Assembly (NCBI RefSeq): GCF_036365525.1
Contig: NW_027140825.1
Location: 1,116,001 to 1,180,000 of the forward strand
Direction: 5' to 3'
DNA length: 64,000 nt
Origin: Heterodontus francisci
Taxonomy: Eukaryota
Made by a program: the position numbers and the translations under genes
Shown here: positions 25,721-37,559 of the stretch, piece by piece
Layout: every line of letters begins with the position of its first letter
Numbering within the stretch: the stretch's first letter is position 1
Notes under the pieces: model-generated
Seen by the model: only the letters and a program-made list of their open reading frames with translations
The model's database searches: none
Told to the model about the DNA's origin: nothing

Positions 25721-26176
25721 AAGACTCCAGTCACAGAAATACACGGCCGAGTGATTCTCCCGCAGGCTGGAGGACTCCAGTTTGAACTCGTACTTATTCA
25801 GTCTCTCGGCAGTAAAACCGTCCACCGTCCCCTCTGGATCCACATAGTTAGCAGTACTGGAGAAAAACATCAACAGCGGCTCCTTCCCTGGCTCTTGTCT
25901 GTACCAGTACATGTAGATGTTACTGCTGCTCCCCTCCATTGTGCACCTCAGTTCCACTCCTTTCCTGGGAAACCTGGAGACAGCAGCGGGAGTCTGGAGG
26001 ATAGTCTGTGAGTTCACATCTGGGAGAGAGATGGAGAGAGGAGGAGATCAGTAAACAGGGAACTTCTGGGGATGAAAGGGAGACAGGGAGAAGAGGGGAC
26101 AGTTATTACCGATAGTTTTTGCATTTCACACTCACTTACAATGAAACAAGATTATCAGACACAGTAACTGATACAT
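25721..26176 (-). CDS. TRBV: TRBV segment V9 (TRBV30-like family), open frame (leader 26176-26140, V exon 26019-25721)
   Basis: Leader MYQLLCLIILFH with GTAAGT donor; QTILQTP...LRC...WYRQ...SAVYFCDWS. Confidence 0.87.
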
Positions 26177-26363
26177 CTTTCACTTCAACTTGTTCTCTTA
26201 ATAGACACAGGAGTGAGATCAGGAGCTTAGACTCTTGTGAGGGTCCAAATCCACTCTTTACAAATCATTGGGAGGAACATGAAGAGCATTAGGAAGTGAT
26301 ACAATGTTGGAGACGCCCATTCACCCAGTTCAACAAATCAGAATTGAATTGGCTGCCAATCTG

Positions 26364-26364
<1 letters not shown>

Positions 26365-26436
<72 letters not shown>

Positions 26437-26950
26437 CTATCAGAGTTTACCTTCCGCTCTCTTGCACTCTCTCTCTGTCTCTCTCTCTCTCTCACCTCAT
26501 GTGTCTCGGGATATGTCTCCCACTCTCTTCCTTTCTCAGACTCTCTCTCCCTCTCTATCTCAGTCTATCTTCACTCACTTTCTCTCTCTGACTCTCCCTC
26601 TCTCCTCATGTATCTAAGGTTATGTCTCCCATTCTATCTTTCTCTCTGACTCTCCCTCTCTCATACTCTTGTTATCTCTTCAGTTATTTCCTTGTCTCTG
26701 TCTCTCCCCAGATCTATCCCCCTATCCGTCGCAGGCTCTTTATCTCAGTCTCTCTTTCTCTCTGTCACTCTCTCAGTGTCTCTCTCTCTCTCTCTCTCTC
26801 ATTATGTGTCTCTTGCTGTCTCACTGTCTTTGCCTCTATCTCCGTCTCCCTCTCTGTCTCAGTCACTTTAACTCTGTCTGTAGTTTTTCCTATCTCTCAC
26901 TGGACCTCGCTCTCTCTTTCACACACATACACTCTCTTTCTCTCTCTAAC
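26365..26950. repeat. CT-rich microsatellite/low-complexity tract
   Basis: (CT)n and degenerate derivatives. Confidence 0.9.
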
Positions 26951-27342
26951 GAAGTGGGTGTCCTTGTCCTGTTGATGTATATCAAACCGGATCCACATGA
27001 CCTCCTGCTCTCTTAGTTTTCTCACTAAATACTTCTCAAAGCCATTGTCAGGTCCATGGTCCTGGATCCCCCTCTGCTGTCCCTGTGGAGAAGGTAAACG
27101 CAGGATCAGTGCATAAAGACCCAGATTATTGTCATTGATTCCTGATAGTTATTTTCTGAGATCTCGTGACATCCTTGCTAATCGTTCATTGCACCCTCGG
27201 CAGTACCTGTAAATCTAGTGTGTCACTATAATCATAACTCAACTCTTTTTTTTGTAACAAACACTTTCACTCTGCATAAGGAAACAACAGGTAGAGGCAC
27301 CAAACGGTTTTACCATCCACAGGTGTTTCCTGCTGCCTTTAG

Positions 27343-27381
27343 GGTTTTTGTTGAACTGCTCCATCTCTCTGAGTCACTGTG
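27343..27381 (-). other. 23-RSS of V10
   Basis: CACAGTG, 23-nt spacer, ACAAAAACC. Confidence 0.95.
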
Positions 27382-27866
27382 ATCTCTCCAGGCACAGAAA
27401 TACACGGCCGAGTGATTCTCCCGCAGGCTGGAGGACTGCAGGTTGAACTCGGAGTCAGTCGGTCTCTCGGCGGTGAAACCCTCCACCGTCTCCTCTGAGT
27501 TCACCCTTTGTGCAGTTAGGGAGTAAAACATCAGCTGTGGCTCCTTCCCCGGGTATTGTCTGTACCAGTACATGTAAGGGTTACTGGTGCCATCCACGGT
27601 GCATTTCAGCTTCACCTGCTCCTCAGAAAATTTGGAGACAGAGGCGGGAGTCTGGTGGATAGTCTGTGAGTTCACATCTGGGAAAGAGACAGGGAGAGGA
27701 GGAGATCAATAAACAGGGAAATTCAGTCCAGTGGGTAGAGAGAAAGAGAGAGTAGGAGAGAACGAAATAAATAAAACCATATCCTAAAGAAATGTTAAGT
27801 AGAATTATTGTTTCAATAAAATTCCTTACGGTGAAACAGGGTGATCAGAGTCAGTAACAGATACAT
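27382..27866 (-). CDS. TRBV: TRBV segment V10 (TRBV30-like), apparently functional (leader 27866-27830, V exon 27677-27382)
   Basis: QTIHQTP...CTVDGTSNPYMYWYRQ...SAVYFCAWR; intact GTAAGG donor and CAG acceptor. Confidence 0.9.
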
Positions 27867-28049
27867 CTTTTACTTTAAGCTGCCTTCTGAATCTGCAAAG
27901 GGGAGAGAGCAGGAGTGATGATTGTTGTCAATAACCAACCCACTCTTTACAAATCATTGGGAGGAACAGGGAGAGCATTAGGAAGTGATGCAGAGATGGT
28001 GACGTTCATTTCCCACATCAACAAATGAGAATCGAGTTGGTTGCCAATG

Positions 28050-29270
28050 ACCCACTTTCTCTCTCTCTCTCTGTCTCTCCCTGTCCTTTACTTGTGATGC
28101 TCCTTTCTTCCTCTCTGTCTCTCTTCTATGCCTCCCTATATGTCTCAGTCTGTTTATTTCAGACTCTCTCTCACAGATACACACACATTAGGTCTCTCTC
28201 TCTGTCTTTGTTTGTCTCTCTCGCTGTGTGTGTGTGTCTCTCTCTCTCTCTTTGTCTCTCTCTCTGTCTCTCTGCCTCTCTCGCTGTGTGTGTGTGTCTC
28301 TCTCTCTCTCTTCTCTCTCTCTAAGGATGTGGATTTCCTTCTCCTGGTCATGTATATCAACCTGGAGGACTGTATGTTCTCTCACTGTTTCAGTTTTCCT
28401 GTGAACTCCTTCTCAAAAGCCATTGTACATCACATGGTCCTAGAGCGTCCTCAGCTGTCCCTGTGGTGAAAATATACACAGTGTCAGTCTATAACAGCCC
28501 CAGTCCTTTTATTGTTATTCTTTCCTGATAGTTACAATCCTGAGATCACGGGATATTCTTATTCAATGAGCTAGAAGATGAATGGGCACGGATACAAAGC
28601 TGTGCATGTGTGTGCGTGTGTTTTTCACTCGCTCTGTCTTTAGTTAACTGTCTCCCTCTGTTTTACTGCTTTCTGTCTTTCTCTCCCTGTCTCATTCTGT
28701 GTGTGTGTGTGTCTGTCTCCCAATCTGTCTCACTCTCTTCCTCTGTGTTTTTTTTGCTTTTCTCTCGCACCTCCTTCTTCCCCCTCTCTGTCCTCCTCTC
28801 TCTCCTCTGTCTGTCTCTCTGTCTCAGTCGCTTTCCCTCAGTCGCTTTCTCTCTGTCTCTCTCTCAGTCTCTCTCTCTCTGTCTCTGTCTCTCTCTCTCT
28901 GTCTCTCTCTCACTCTCTGTCTCTCTCTGTCTCTCAGTCTCTCTCTCTCAGTCTCCCTCACTGTTTCTCTGTCTCAGTCTCTCTGTCTCAGTCTCTTCCT
29001 CTGTGTTTTTTGTTCTCCCTCTCTCTCTTTCTTGTTCCCCCTCTCTGTCCTCCTCGCTCTCCTCTCTCTTCTCCTGTCTGTCTCAATCTCTCTTTCTCAG
29101 TCTCTCTCTCTCAGTCTCTCTCAGTCTCTCTCTGTCTCAGTCCCAGTCTCTCTGTCTCAGTCTCTCTGTCTCTGTCAGTTTTCCTCTCAATCTTGTTCTA
29201 TCCCTCTCTCACACACTCGGTCTTCCTCGATTTGTCTCTCTCGTTGAGTGTGTGTATATCCCTCTCTAAG
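28050..29270. repeat. CT/GT-rich low-complexity tracts
   Basis: Extensive degenerate (CT)n and (GT)n. Confidence 0.85.
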
Positions 29271-29665
29271 GTGATGAATGTGCTTCTCCTGTCAATGTGT
29301 ATGAAGCTCGAGGGCTGTATGACCTCTGCCTCTTTCTGTTTTCCTATTAAATGTTTGCCAGGCCATTGTGTATTCATGGTCCGAGAGCACCCTCTGTTAA
29401 CCCTACAGAGGAGGAAAACTCAGTGTCAATGCAGAAAAACTCAAGTCTTTTTCTAGTTGATCTTTCCTGATAGTTACAACCTCAGATCTGGTGTCATCCT
29501 TGTTAATTGTTCTCAGCACATTCTCTACTACCTGTATATCTAATCTCTCACTACCACTCTAACCCATCTCTTCTTGTTATCATAAACACTTTCGCTCTGC
29601 AAAACGAAAGAAATTCGAGGCTTCGGGCAGTTTTACCCTCCACAGGTGTTTCCTGCTGCCTTTGG

Positions 29666-29704
29666 TGTTTTTGATGAACTGCTCCATCTCTCTGAGTCAC
29701 TGTG
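29666..29704 (-). other. 23-RSS of V11
   Basis: CACAGTG, 23-nt spacer, TCAAAAACA. Confidence 0.9.
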
Positions 29705-30178
29705 ATCTCTCCAGGCACAGAAATACATGGCCGTGTGATATTCCCGCAGACTGGAGGGCTCCAGATTGAACTGGGAGCTAGTCGGTCTCTCGGCGGCAAA
29801 AACATCCACCGCCTTCTCCGGATTTATGTGATCAGTACCTGTGGAGTAAAACATAAACTGTGGCTCCTTCCCCGGGTATTGTCTGTACCAGAACATGTCA
29901 GGGTTACTGCTGCCCTGCACGGTGCATTTCAGCTTCACCTGCTCCTCAGAAAATTTGGAGACAGCGGCGGGAGTCTGGTGGATAGTCTGTGAGTTCACAT
30001 CTGGGAAAGAGACAGGGAGAGGAGGAGATCAGTAAACAGGGAACTTCAGTCCAGAGGGAGAGAGAAAGAGAGAAATAAATAAATAAAAACATCACCTAAA
30101 GAAATGTTAAGTAGAATTATTGTTTCAATAAAATGCCTTCCGGTGAAACAGGGTGATCAGAGTCAGTAACGGATACAT
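29705..30178 (-). pseudogene. TRBV: TRBV segment V11, open V exon but leader splice donor mutated (leader 30178-30142, V exon 30000-29705)
   Basis: Donor reads GGAAGG at 30141-30136 where paralogs V10 and V13 have GTAAGG. Confidence 0.8.
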
Positions 30179-30849
30179 CATTTACTTTAAGCTGCCCTCT
30201 GAATCAGCAAAGGGGAGAGAGCAGGAGTGATGAGTGTTGTCAATAACCAACCCACTCTTTACAAATCATTGGGGGGAACAGGGAGAGCATTAGGAAGTGA
30301 TGCAGAGATAGTGACGCCCAGGTAAACAAGTCAGAGTGGAGTAGGTTGACAATGTCTCTCTCTCTCTCTCTATCTGCATACATCCAGCTTTATGTCTACA
30401 ACTCTTTCACTCTCTTTCTCTCTCTGTATCTGTGTGTGTTTGTGTGCGTGTGCATCTTTCTGTCTCTGTCTCCCTCTGTCCCGTTCATTTCCACTGAGCT
30501 TTTCCTCACGACGTCTCCCTGATTCACCCTCTCTGTCTCTATGTTTCATCACCGGATTGATTGAGAACCAGAGGTCACTTATTGATGGTAATTGGCAGAA
30601 GATCCAAAGGTGAACTGAGGAAACGTTTTGACACAGTGAATGGTTAGGATCTGGAATGCACTACCTGAGAGTGCGGGGGAGGCAGTTTCAATCGTCGCTT
30701 TCAAAAGGAAATTTGAATAATTATGTGTAAGGAAAATATGCAGTGTTATTTAGAAAGGGCAGGGGGAGTGGGACCAGCTGCAGAGACCAAGTACAGCAAC
30801 AGGCTAACAGCATTGTGGAACATCCTGCATTCAGGCTGCAAGTGTGACC

Positions 30850-31335
30850 CTGAGATTCTAGTTAGCGGATACTTTTAATTCTCATTCCCACTCCCACCTC
30901 TCTGTCCTCGACCTCCTTCTCTGCTCCAGTGAAGCTCAACAGAAACTCGAAGAAAAGCACATCATCTTTCAATTGGATACTTTGCAGCTTTCTGGGCTCA
31001 ACAATGAGTTAAACAATTTCTGATCGTAACAACTGCTCCGGTTTATATGGGCAGAGGTTTGTTGGTAATAATTGTGTTTCTGCCATTTCCATCTCCTCTA
31101 GACCCATCTCTTGTTCTTTACTTGACCCATTAACATCTCCTTTGTCATGCACCAGCCTCAGTTTTGTTATTATGTCTCTCCTGCATTCCTCCCATTCTCC
31201 CTCTCCCTGGCTTTCTGCTGCTTAATAGCTGATAGACCTCTAAATCCTTCCAGTTCTGTTGAAAGGTCTACGACCTGATATGTTAATGTTTTGTCTCTCT
31301 CCACAGAGGCTGTCTGACCTGATTAGTATTTCCAT
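30850..31335 (+). mobile_element. Probable Penelope-like element 3' fragment
   Basis: RKLEEKHIIFQLDTLQ.SGLN-like C-terminus, followed by a degenerate form of the tail also seen at 47245, 54324 and 61819. Confidence 0.5.
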
Positions 31336-31945
31336 CCTTATTTATTTATACCCCAGAAACGCAATGAGCTCCAATATAGTGACCTAAACCATCCAGAACC
31401 TAAACCATCCAGCATCTGCGGTACCTTGTGTTCAGTTCACCAGACTGTAACCGGGATGTAGTTCTATAATTATCAGGAGAGGTTCATAGACAAGTTTCAA
31501 AGTCCCGATTGAAACAACATCAATAATCTGAAACTTATCACGGTCCTACACCGCCCTCTGCTGTCCCTTTGGAGAAAGACAACACAGTCAGTGAATAAAA
31601 CACAACAGTGTCTGTCTGCCTGCCAGCTACCTATCGACCTATCTCCCTACCTATCTGATCTTCACTTCACACATTAAACCCTTTCATAAGCTTTCTAAGA
31701 ACTATGAATGTTCACCCTTCAGTCTTCTCCTTTCTGGAGCAAAGATGTTCAAACTATCTTTGTTCCGATATCATTCCTGTAAAGTCGATTTCACAATTCC
31801 CCTGTGCTTCTATATCTAACCTCTCACTTTCTGTTTAAATCCGCCCTGTCTTCTTGTGAAAAACACTTTTCCAATGCCAAAAACACCCAACAGGACGCAG
31901 CACAGCCTGGTTTTATCTGAAACAGGTGTTTCCTGCTGCCTTTGG

Positions 31946-31978
31946 GGTTTTTGTTGAACTGCTCCATCTCTCACTGTG
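31946..31978 (-). other. Defective RSS of V12 (17-nt spacer)
   Basis: Consensus heptamer and nonamer, but a 6-nt deletion in the spacer relative to V9. Confidence 0.9.
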
Positions 31979-32434
31979 AAGACTCCAGGCACAGAAATAC
32001 ACGGCCGAGTGATTCTCCCGCAGGCTGGAGGACTCGAGTTTGAACTCGTACTTATTCAGTTTCTCGGCGGTAAAACCTTCCACCGTCCCCTCTGGACCAA
32101 CATAGTTAGCAGTACTGGAGTAAAACATCAACAGCGGCTCCTTCACCGGGTGTTGTCTGTATCAGTACATGGAGATGCTACTGCTGCTCCCCTCCACAGT
32201 GCACCTCAGTCCCACTCCTTTCCCGGGAAATCTGGAGACAGCGGCAGGGGTCTGGTGGATAGTCTGTCAGTTCACATCTGGGACAGAGATGGACAGAGGA
32301 GGAGATCAGTAAACATGGAACTTCTGGGAATGAAAGGAAGACAGGGAGAGGAGAGGAAGGTTATTAACGATAATCTTTGCATTTCATACTCACTTACAGT
32401 GAAACAGGATTATCAGACCCAGTAACAGATACAT
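31979..32434 (-). pseudogene. TRBV: TRBV segment V12, pseudogene (leader 32434-32398, V exon 32277-31979)
   Basis: TGA near the start of the V exon and TGA replacing the conserved Trp; shortened RSS spacer; truncated promoter. Confidence 0.9.
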
Positions 32435-32551
32435 CTTTCACTGTAACTTGTTCTCTTAATAGACACAGGAGTGACAGTAGGAGCTTAGAGTCTTGTGAGG
32501 GTCCAAATCCACTCTTTACAAATCTTTCCTGCTGCCTTTGGTGTTTTTGTT

Positions 32552-34190
32552 ATTAGAATTAGAATTAGAATTAGAACATTACAGCGCAGTACAGGCCCTT
32601 CGGCCCTCGATGTTGCACCGACCTGTGAAACCATCTGACCTACACTATTCCATTTTCATCCATATGTCTATCCAATGACCACTTAAATGCCCTTAAAGTT
32701 GGCGAGTCTACTACTGTTGCAGGCAGGGCGTTCCACGCCCCTACTACTCTCTGAGTCAAGAAACTACCTCTGACATCTGTCCTATATCTATCACCCCTCA
32801 ACTTAAAGCTATGTCCCCTCGTGTTTGCCATCACCATCCGAGGAAAAAGACTCTCACTATCCACCCTATCCAACCCTCTGATTATCTTATATGTCTCTAT
32901 TAAGTCACCTCTCCTCCTCCTTCTCTCCAACGAAAACAACCTCAAGTCACTCAACATTTCCTCGTAAGACCTTCCCTCCAGACCAGGCAACATGTTAGTA
33001 AATCTCCTCTGCACCCTTTCCATAGCTTCCACATCCTTCCTATAATGCGGTGACCAGAACTGCATGCAATACTCCAGGTGCAGTCTCACCAGAGTTTTGT
33101 ACAGCTGCAGCATGACCTCGTGGCTCCGAAACTCGATCCCCCTACTAATAAAAGCTAACACACCATATGCGTTCTTAACAGCCCTATTTACCTGGGTAGC
33201 AACCTTCAGGGATTTATGCACCTGGACACCAAGATCTCTCTGTTCATCTACACTACCAAGAATCTTCCCATTAGCCCAGTACTCTGCATTCCTGTTACTC
33301 CTTCCAAAGTGAATCACCTCGCACTTTTCCGCATTAAACTCCATTTGCCATCTCTCAGCCCAGCTCTGCAGCCTATCGATGTCCCTCTGTACCCTACAAC
33401 ATCCTTCGGCACTATCCACAACTCCACCGACCTTAGTGACATCCTCAAATTTACTAACCCACCCTTCTACACCCTCTTCCAAGTCATTTATAAAAATGAC
33501 AAACAGCAGTGGCCCCAAAACAAATCCTTGCGGTACACCACTAGTAACTAAACTCCAGGATGAACATTTGCCATTCACCACCACCCTCTGTCTTCTTTCA
33601 GCTAGCCAATTTCTGATCCAAAGCTCTAAATCCCCTTCAACCCCATACTTCCGTATTTTCTTCAAAAGCCTACCGTGGGGAACCTTATCAAACGCCTTAC
33701 TGAAATCCATATACACCACATCCACGGCTTTACCCTCATCCACCTGTTTGGTCACCTTCTCGAAAAACACAATAAGGTTTGTGAGGCACGACTTACCCGT
33801 CACAAAACCGTGCTGACTATCGCTAATGAACTTATTCTTTTCAAGATGATTATAAATCCTGTCTCTTGTAACCTTTTCCAACATTTTACCCACAACCGAA
33901 GTAAGGCTCACAGGTCTATAATTACCAGGGCTGTCTCTACTCCCCTTCTTGAACAAGGGGACAACATTTGCTCTCCTCCAGTCTTCCGGCACTATTCCTG
34001 TCGACAATGATGACATAAAGATCAACAACAACGGCTCTGCAATCTCCTCCCTGGCTTCCCAGAGAATCCTAGGATAAATCCCATCTGGCCCAGGGGACTT
34101 ATCTATTTTCACACTTTCCAAAATTGCTAACACCTCCTCCTTGTGAACCTCAATCCCATCTAGCCGAGTAGCCTGAATCTCAGTATTCTT
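32552..34190 (-). mobile_element. 5'-truncated young CR1 LINE with an uninterrupted RT reading frame and (TTCTAA)n tail
   Basis: ORF 32640-34286 has KSPGPDG, NYRPVSLTS, DFSKAFD and GVPQG..LGPLLF with no stops; catalytic motif reads KFEDVT rather than KFADDT; microsatellite tail at 32552-32576. Confidence 0.95.
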
Positions 34191-34264
34191 TCGCTCTGCT
34201 AAACGAAAGAAGTTCTCGGCTCCGAGCAGTTTTAAAGTCCACAGGTGTTTCCTGCTGCCTTTGG

Positions 34265-34303
34265 GGTTTTTGTTGAACTGCTCCATCTCTCTGAGTCACT
34301 GTG
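34265..34303 (-). other. 23-RSS of V13
   Basis: CACAGTG, 23-nt spacer, ACAAAAACC. Confidence 0.95.
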
Positions 34304-34778
34304 AAGACTCCAGGCACAGAAATACACGGCCGAGTGATCCTCCCGCAGGCTGGAGGACTCCAGGTTGAAGTCGAAGTTACTCGGTCTCTCGGCGGTGAAA
34401 CCCTCCACCATCCCCTCTGAGTTCTCCCTTTGTGCAGTTAGGGAGTAAAACATCATCTGCGGCTCCTTCCCCGGGTATTGTCTGTACCAGTACATGTAGA
34501 GGATACTGGTGCTGCTGCGCTGCACAGTGCACTTCAGTTCCACTCTCTCACCAGGCAATTTAGAGACAGCGGTGGGAGTCTGGTGGATAGTCTGTGAGTT
34601 CACATCTGGGAAAGAGACAGAGAGATCAGTAAACAGGGACATTCAGTGCCTTGGGGAGAGAGAAGAGAGAGAGAGAGAATCAAAAATAAATACAACGAAA
34701 GAAATGTTAAGTAGAATTATTGTTTCAATATAATCCCTTACGGTGAAACAGGGTGATCAGAGTCAGTAACAGATACAT
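34304..34778 (-). CDS. TRBV: TRBV segment V13 (TRBV30-like), apparently functional (leader 34778-34742, V exon 34605-34304)
   Basis: Open frame to SAVYFCAWS with intact splice sites. Confidence 0.9.
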
Positions 34779-36068
34779 CTTTTACTTTAAGCTGCCTTCT
34801 GAATCAGCAAAGAGAAGAGAGCAGGAGTGAGGAGTGTTGTCAATAACCAACCCACTCTTTGCAAATCATTGGGAGGAACAGGAAGAGCATTAGGAAGTGA
34901 TGCAGAGATGGTGACGCCCAGGTCAACAAGTTAGAGTGGAGTAGGTTGACAACGTCTCTCTCTCTATCTATCTCAATCCGCCTTCCTCTCTCTTTCTTAC
35001 ACTTTGTTTCTATCTCTCTCTCTCTCTCTCTGCATGTATCGAGCTTTATGTCTCCAACTCTTTCAATCTCTTTCTCACTCTGTATCTGTGTCTGTGTGTG
35101 TGTGTGTGAGTGTGTGTGTGTGTGTGTGTCGTTCTCTCTCTGTCTCCCTCTGTCCCGTTCATTTACGCTGAGTTTTTCCTCTCTATGTCTCCCTGATTCA
35201 CCCTCTCTGTCTCTGTGTTTCATCACCGGATGTATTGAGTCCCTGTGCATTGGGGGTTGTTCCCCTCTGTGCAGTGAAGGTGAGAGGGATATTAACCAGA
35301 CTGGTGCCAGGGATGAGGGACTTCAGTTACTGTGGAGAGACTGGAGAATGTGGGGGTTTCTCTACTTGCAGCACAGAAGGTTAATGGTAGATGTGATACA
35401 GACATTGAAGATCATAGAGGATTTTGATAGATAATTGATGACAAACCACATCATCGACTGGTCAATATATAGAAAATCTCTGAAAAGATGGTCATTCATT
35501 ACATTATTACAGTATGTTTAATCAGTTCATACAAACTGTAATCAGCTAAAGATAGAGTTAGATAGATAGCGAGAAAGAGCGATAGATAACCAGGTAGAGA
35601 GATAGATAGATAGACAGTCAGGTACACAGATAGATATATAGAGAGGTAGAGAAATACAGAGATAGAGGGAAAGTCAGATAGGTAGAGATTTAGCGAGCTA
35701 GATAGAGAGGCAGTCACTGCCCATGTTAAAGACAGGGATGTTAATTGGCATTCTCTCGTTTTACACCGGCTTTGTAGCTAGTGGGAGAGAGAGGGAGGGA
35801 GAGAGAGGGAGAGTAGGTTTGGAGAAAGAGGGATGGAGAGAGGGGGAGAGAGGGGGATGGAGAGAGGGATGGAGAAAGAGGGATGGAAAGAGGGAGCGAC
35901 AGGAAGTTATTGATCAGTCATGATCTCATTGAAGGTCGGAGTGTTTCCGAGGTGATGAATGGTCTCCTTGTGTTCCCAGGTCACTGTTAAAGTGTGTTGC
36001 AGACTCTGATGTTTATCATGGTCCTACAGTGCACTCTGCTGTCCCTTTGGAGAAAGGAAACACAGTGA

Positions 36069-36225
36069 NNNNNNNNNNNNNNNNNNNNNNNNNNNNNNNN
36101 NNNNNNNNNNNNNNNNNNNNNNNNNNNNNNNNNNNNNNNNNNNNNNNNNNNNNNNNNNNNNNNNNNNNNNNNNNNNNNNNNNNNNNNNNNNNNNNNNNNN
36201 NNNNNNNNNNNNNNNNNNNNNNNNN
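36069..36225. other. Assembly gap
   Basis: Run of N. Confidence 1.
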
Positions 36226-36250
36226 CAGTCTTCTCCTTTCTGGAGCAAAG

Positions 36251-36632
36251 GTTGAACTGGGAGTCAGTCGGTCTCTCGGCGGTGAAACCGCCTACCGTCC
36301 CCTCTGGATCCACATAGTTAACAGTACTGGAGTAAAACATCAACAGCGGCTCCTTCCCCGGCTCTTGTCTGTACCAGTACATGGAGAGGTGACTGCTGCT
36401 CCCCTCCATGGTGCACCTCATTTCCACTCATTTCTCGGGAAACCTGGAGACTGCGGCGGGAGTCTGGTGGATAGTCTGTGAGTTCACATCTGGGAGAGAG
36501 ATGGAGAGAGGAGGAGATCAGTAAACAGGGAACTTCTGGGAATGGAAGGGAGACAGGGAGAAGACAGGAAGGTTCTGAAGGATAATCTTTGTATCCTTGA
36601 ACCAGGATTATCAGAGCCAGGAACAGATACAT
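36251..36632 (-). pseudogene. TRBV: TRBV segment V14, truncated pseudogene with no C104 and no RSS
   Basis: TGA in FR1; leader donor deleted; the V exon stops after DSQFN and is fused at 36250 to sequence lying ~230 bp past the RSS nonamer in V9. Confidence 0.88.
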
Positions 36633-37559
36633 CTCCCACTTGACACTGCCCTCTCAAACAGCAAAGGAAGTGGAACAGAGGAAATCAGTTCTGTGACTAA
36701 CCAATCCGCTCTTTCCAAGTCATTGAGTAAAACATGAAGGGCATGAGGAAGTAATGCAGTGTTGGACACGCCCCTTCCAGCACCCAACCAATCAGAATGG
36801 ACGTGGTTGCTTATGATGGTTGAGTGACTGGAGTAAGTGTTGTTAACATCCCCAACAAGGGTGTCTGTTGTTCAGTTTCTAATTTGCTGATTAGAAATCT
36901 CCAATTGTACGTAATGAACCTCATCGGCATTCCCACATTAGCCACATGTAGATTTCCAATTATAGACATCTGCATTCCAAATGATCTGCTCCTGTAGGGG
37001 ATGTATTAGTGTGTGGCTGACTTGACTAGATTCTTAATCCACAGCCTCGGCTAGAGTTATAGCGACGTGGGGCGGGGGAGGGGGGGGGGGGGTGAATCCC
37101 ACCAACACAAATAAAGACATTTCAATGTCATTAATAAATCTATATTTTCAAAAGAATCTCGTCTAATGGTGACCATTGTTGCAACAATCCATCTCGTTCA
37201 CTGATGTTAGGGAAGGAAATCTACCGCCTTCACCTGGTCTGGTCTACATGTGACTCCGGATCCACACAATGTGGTTGACCGTTAAATGCCCTCTGGAATG
37301 GCCAAGCAAGTCAGTCAGTTCAAGGGCAATCAGGGATGGGCAATAAGTGCTGGCCGAGCCAGCGAGGCCCACATTCCATGAACGAATTAAGAAAAACAGC
37401 CAGATGTTGATTCACAAATGGTCAGGTGGGACTCCTGGCAAACGTTTTCTGCAACATTGGCCCGAGGGAAGTAGGTGCAACAATATCTGGGTCACACTGG
37501 GCTGCTGATCTATTCTACAGCTTGGTCTGTGCTCATTACTGTGCCCATCACCATCAGGG

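Noticed and set aside
26296-29456. Ser/Leu-rich ORFs
   Set aside because: Translations of (CT)n low-complexity DNA.
32640-34286. 548-aa ORF as a V-RT fusion or domesticated gene
   Set aside because: The N-terminus is chance read-through from the V13 RSS spacer into a 5'-truncated CR1, and the catalytic DD motif is altered.
36061-36067. Plus-strand CACAGTG next to a gap
   Set aside because: No visible nonamer or coding segment; homologous flanks show variable sequence here.
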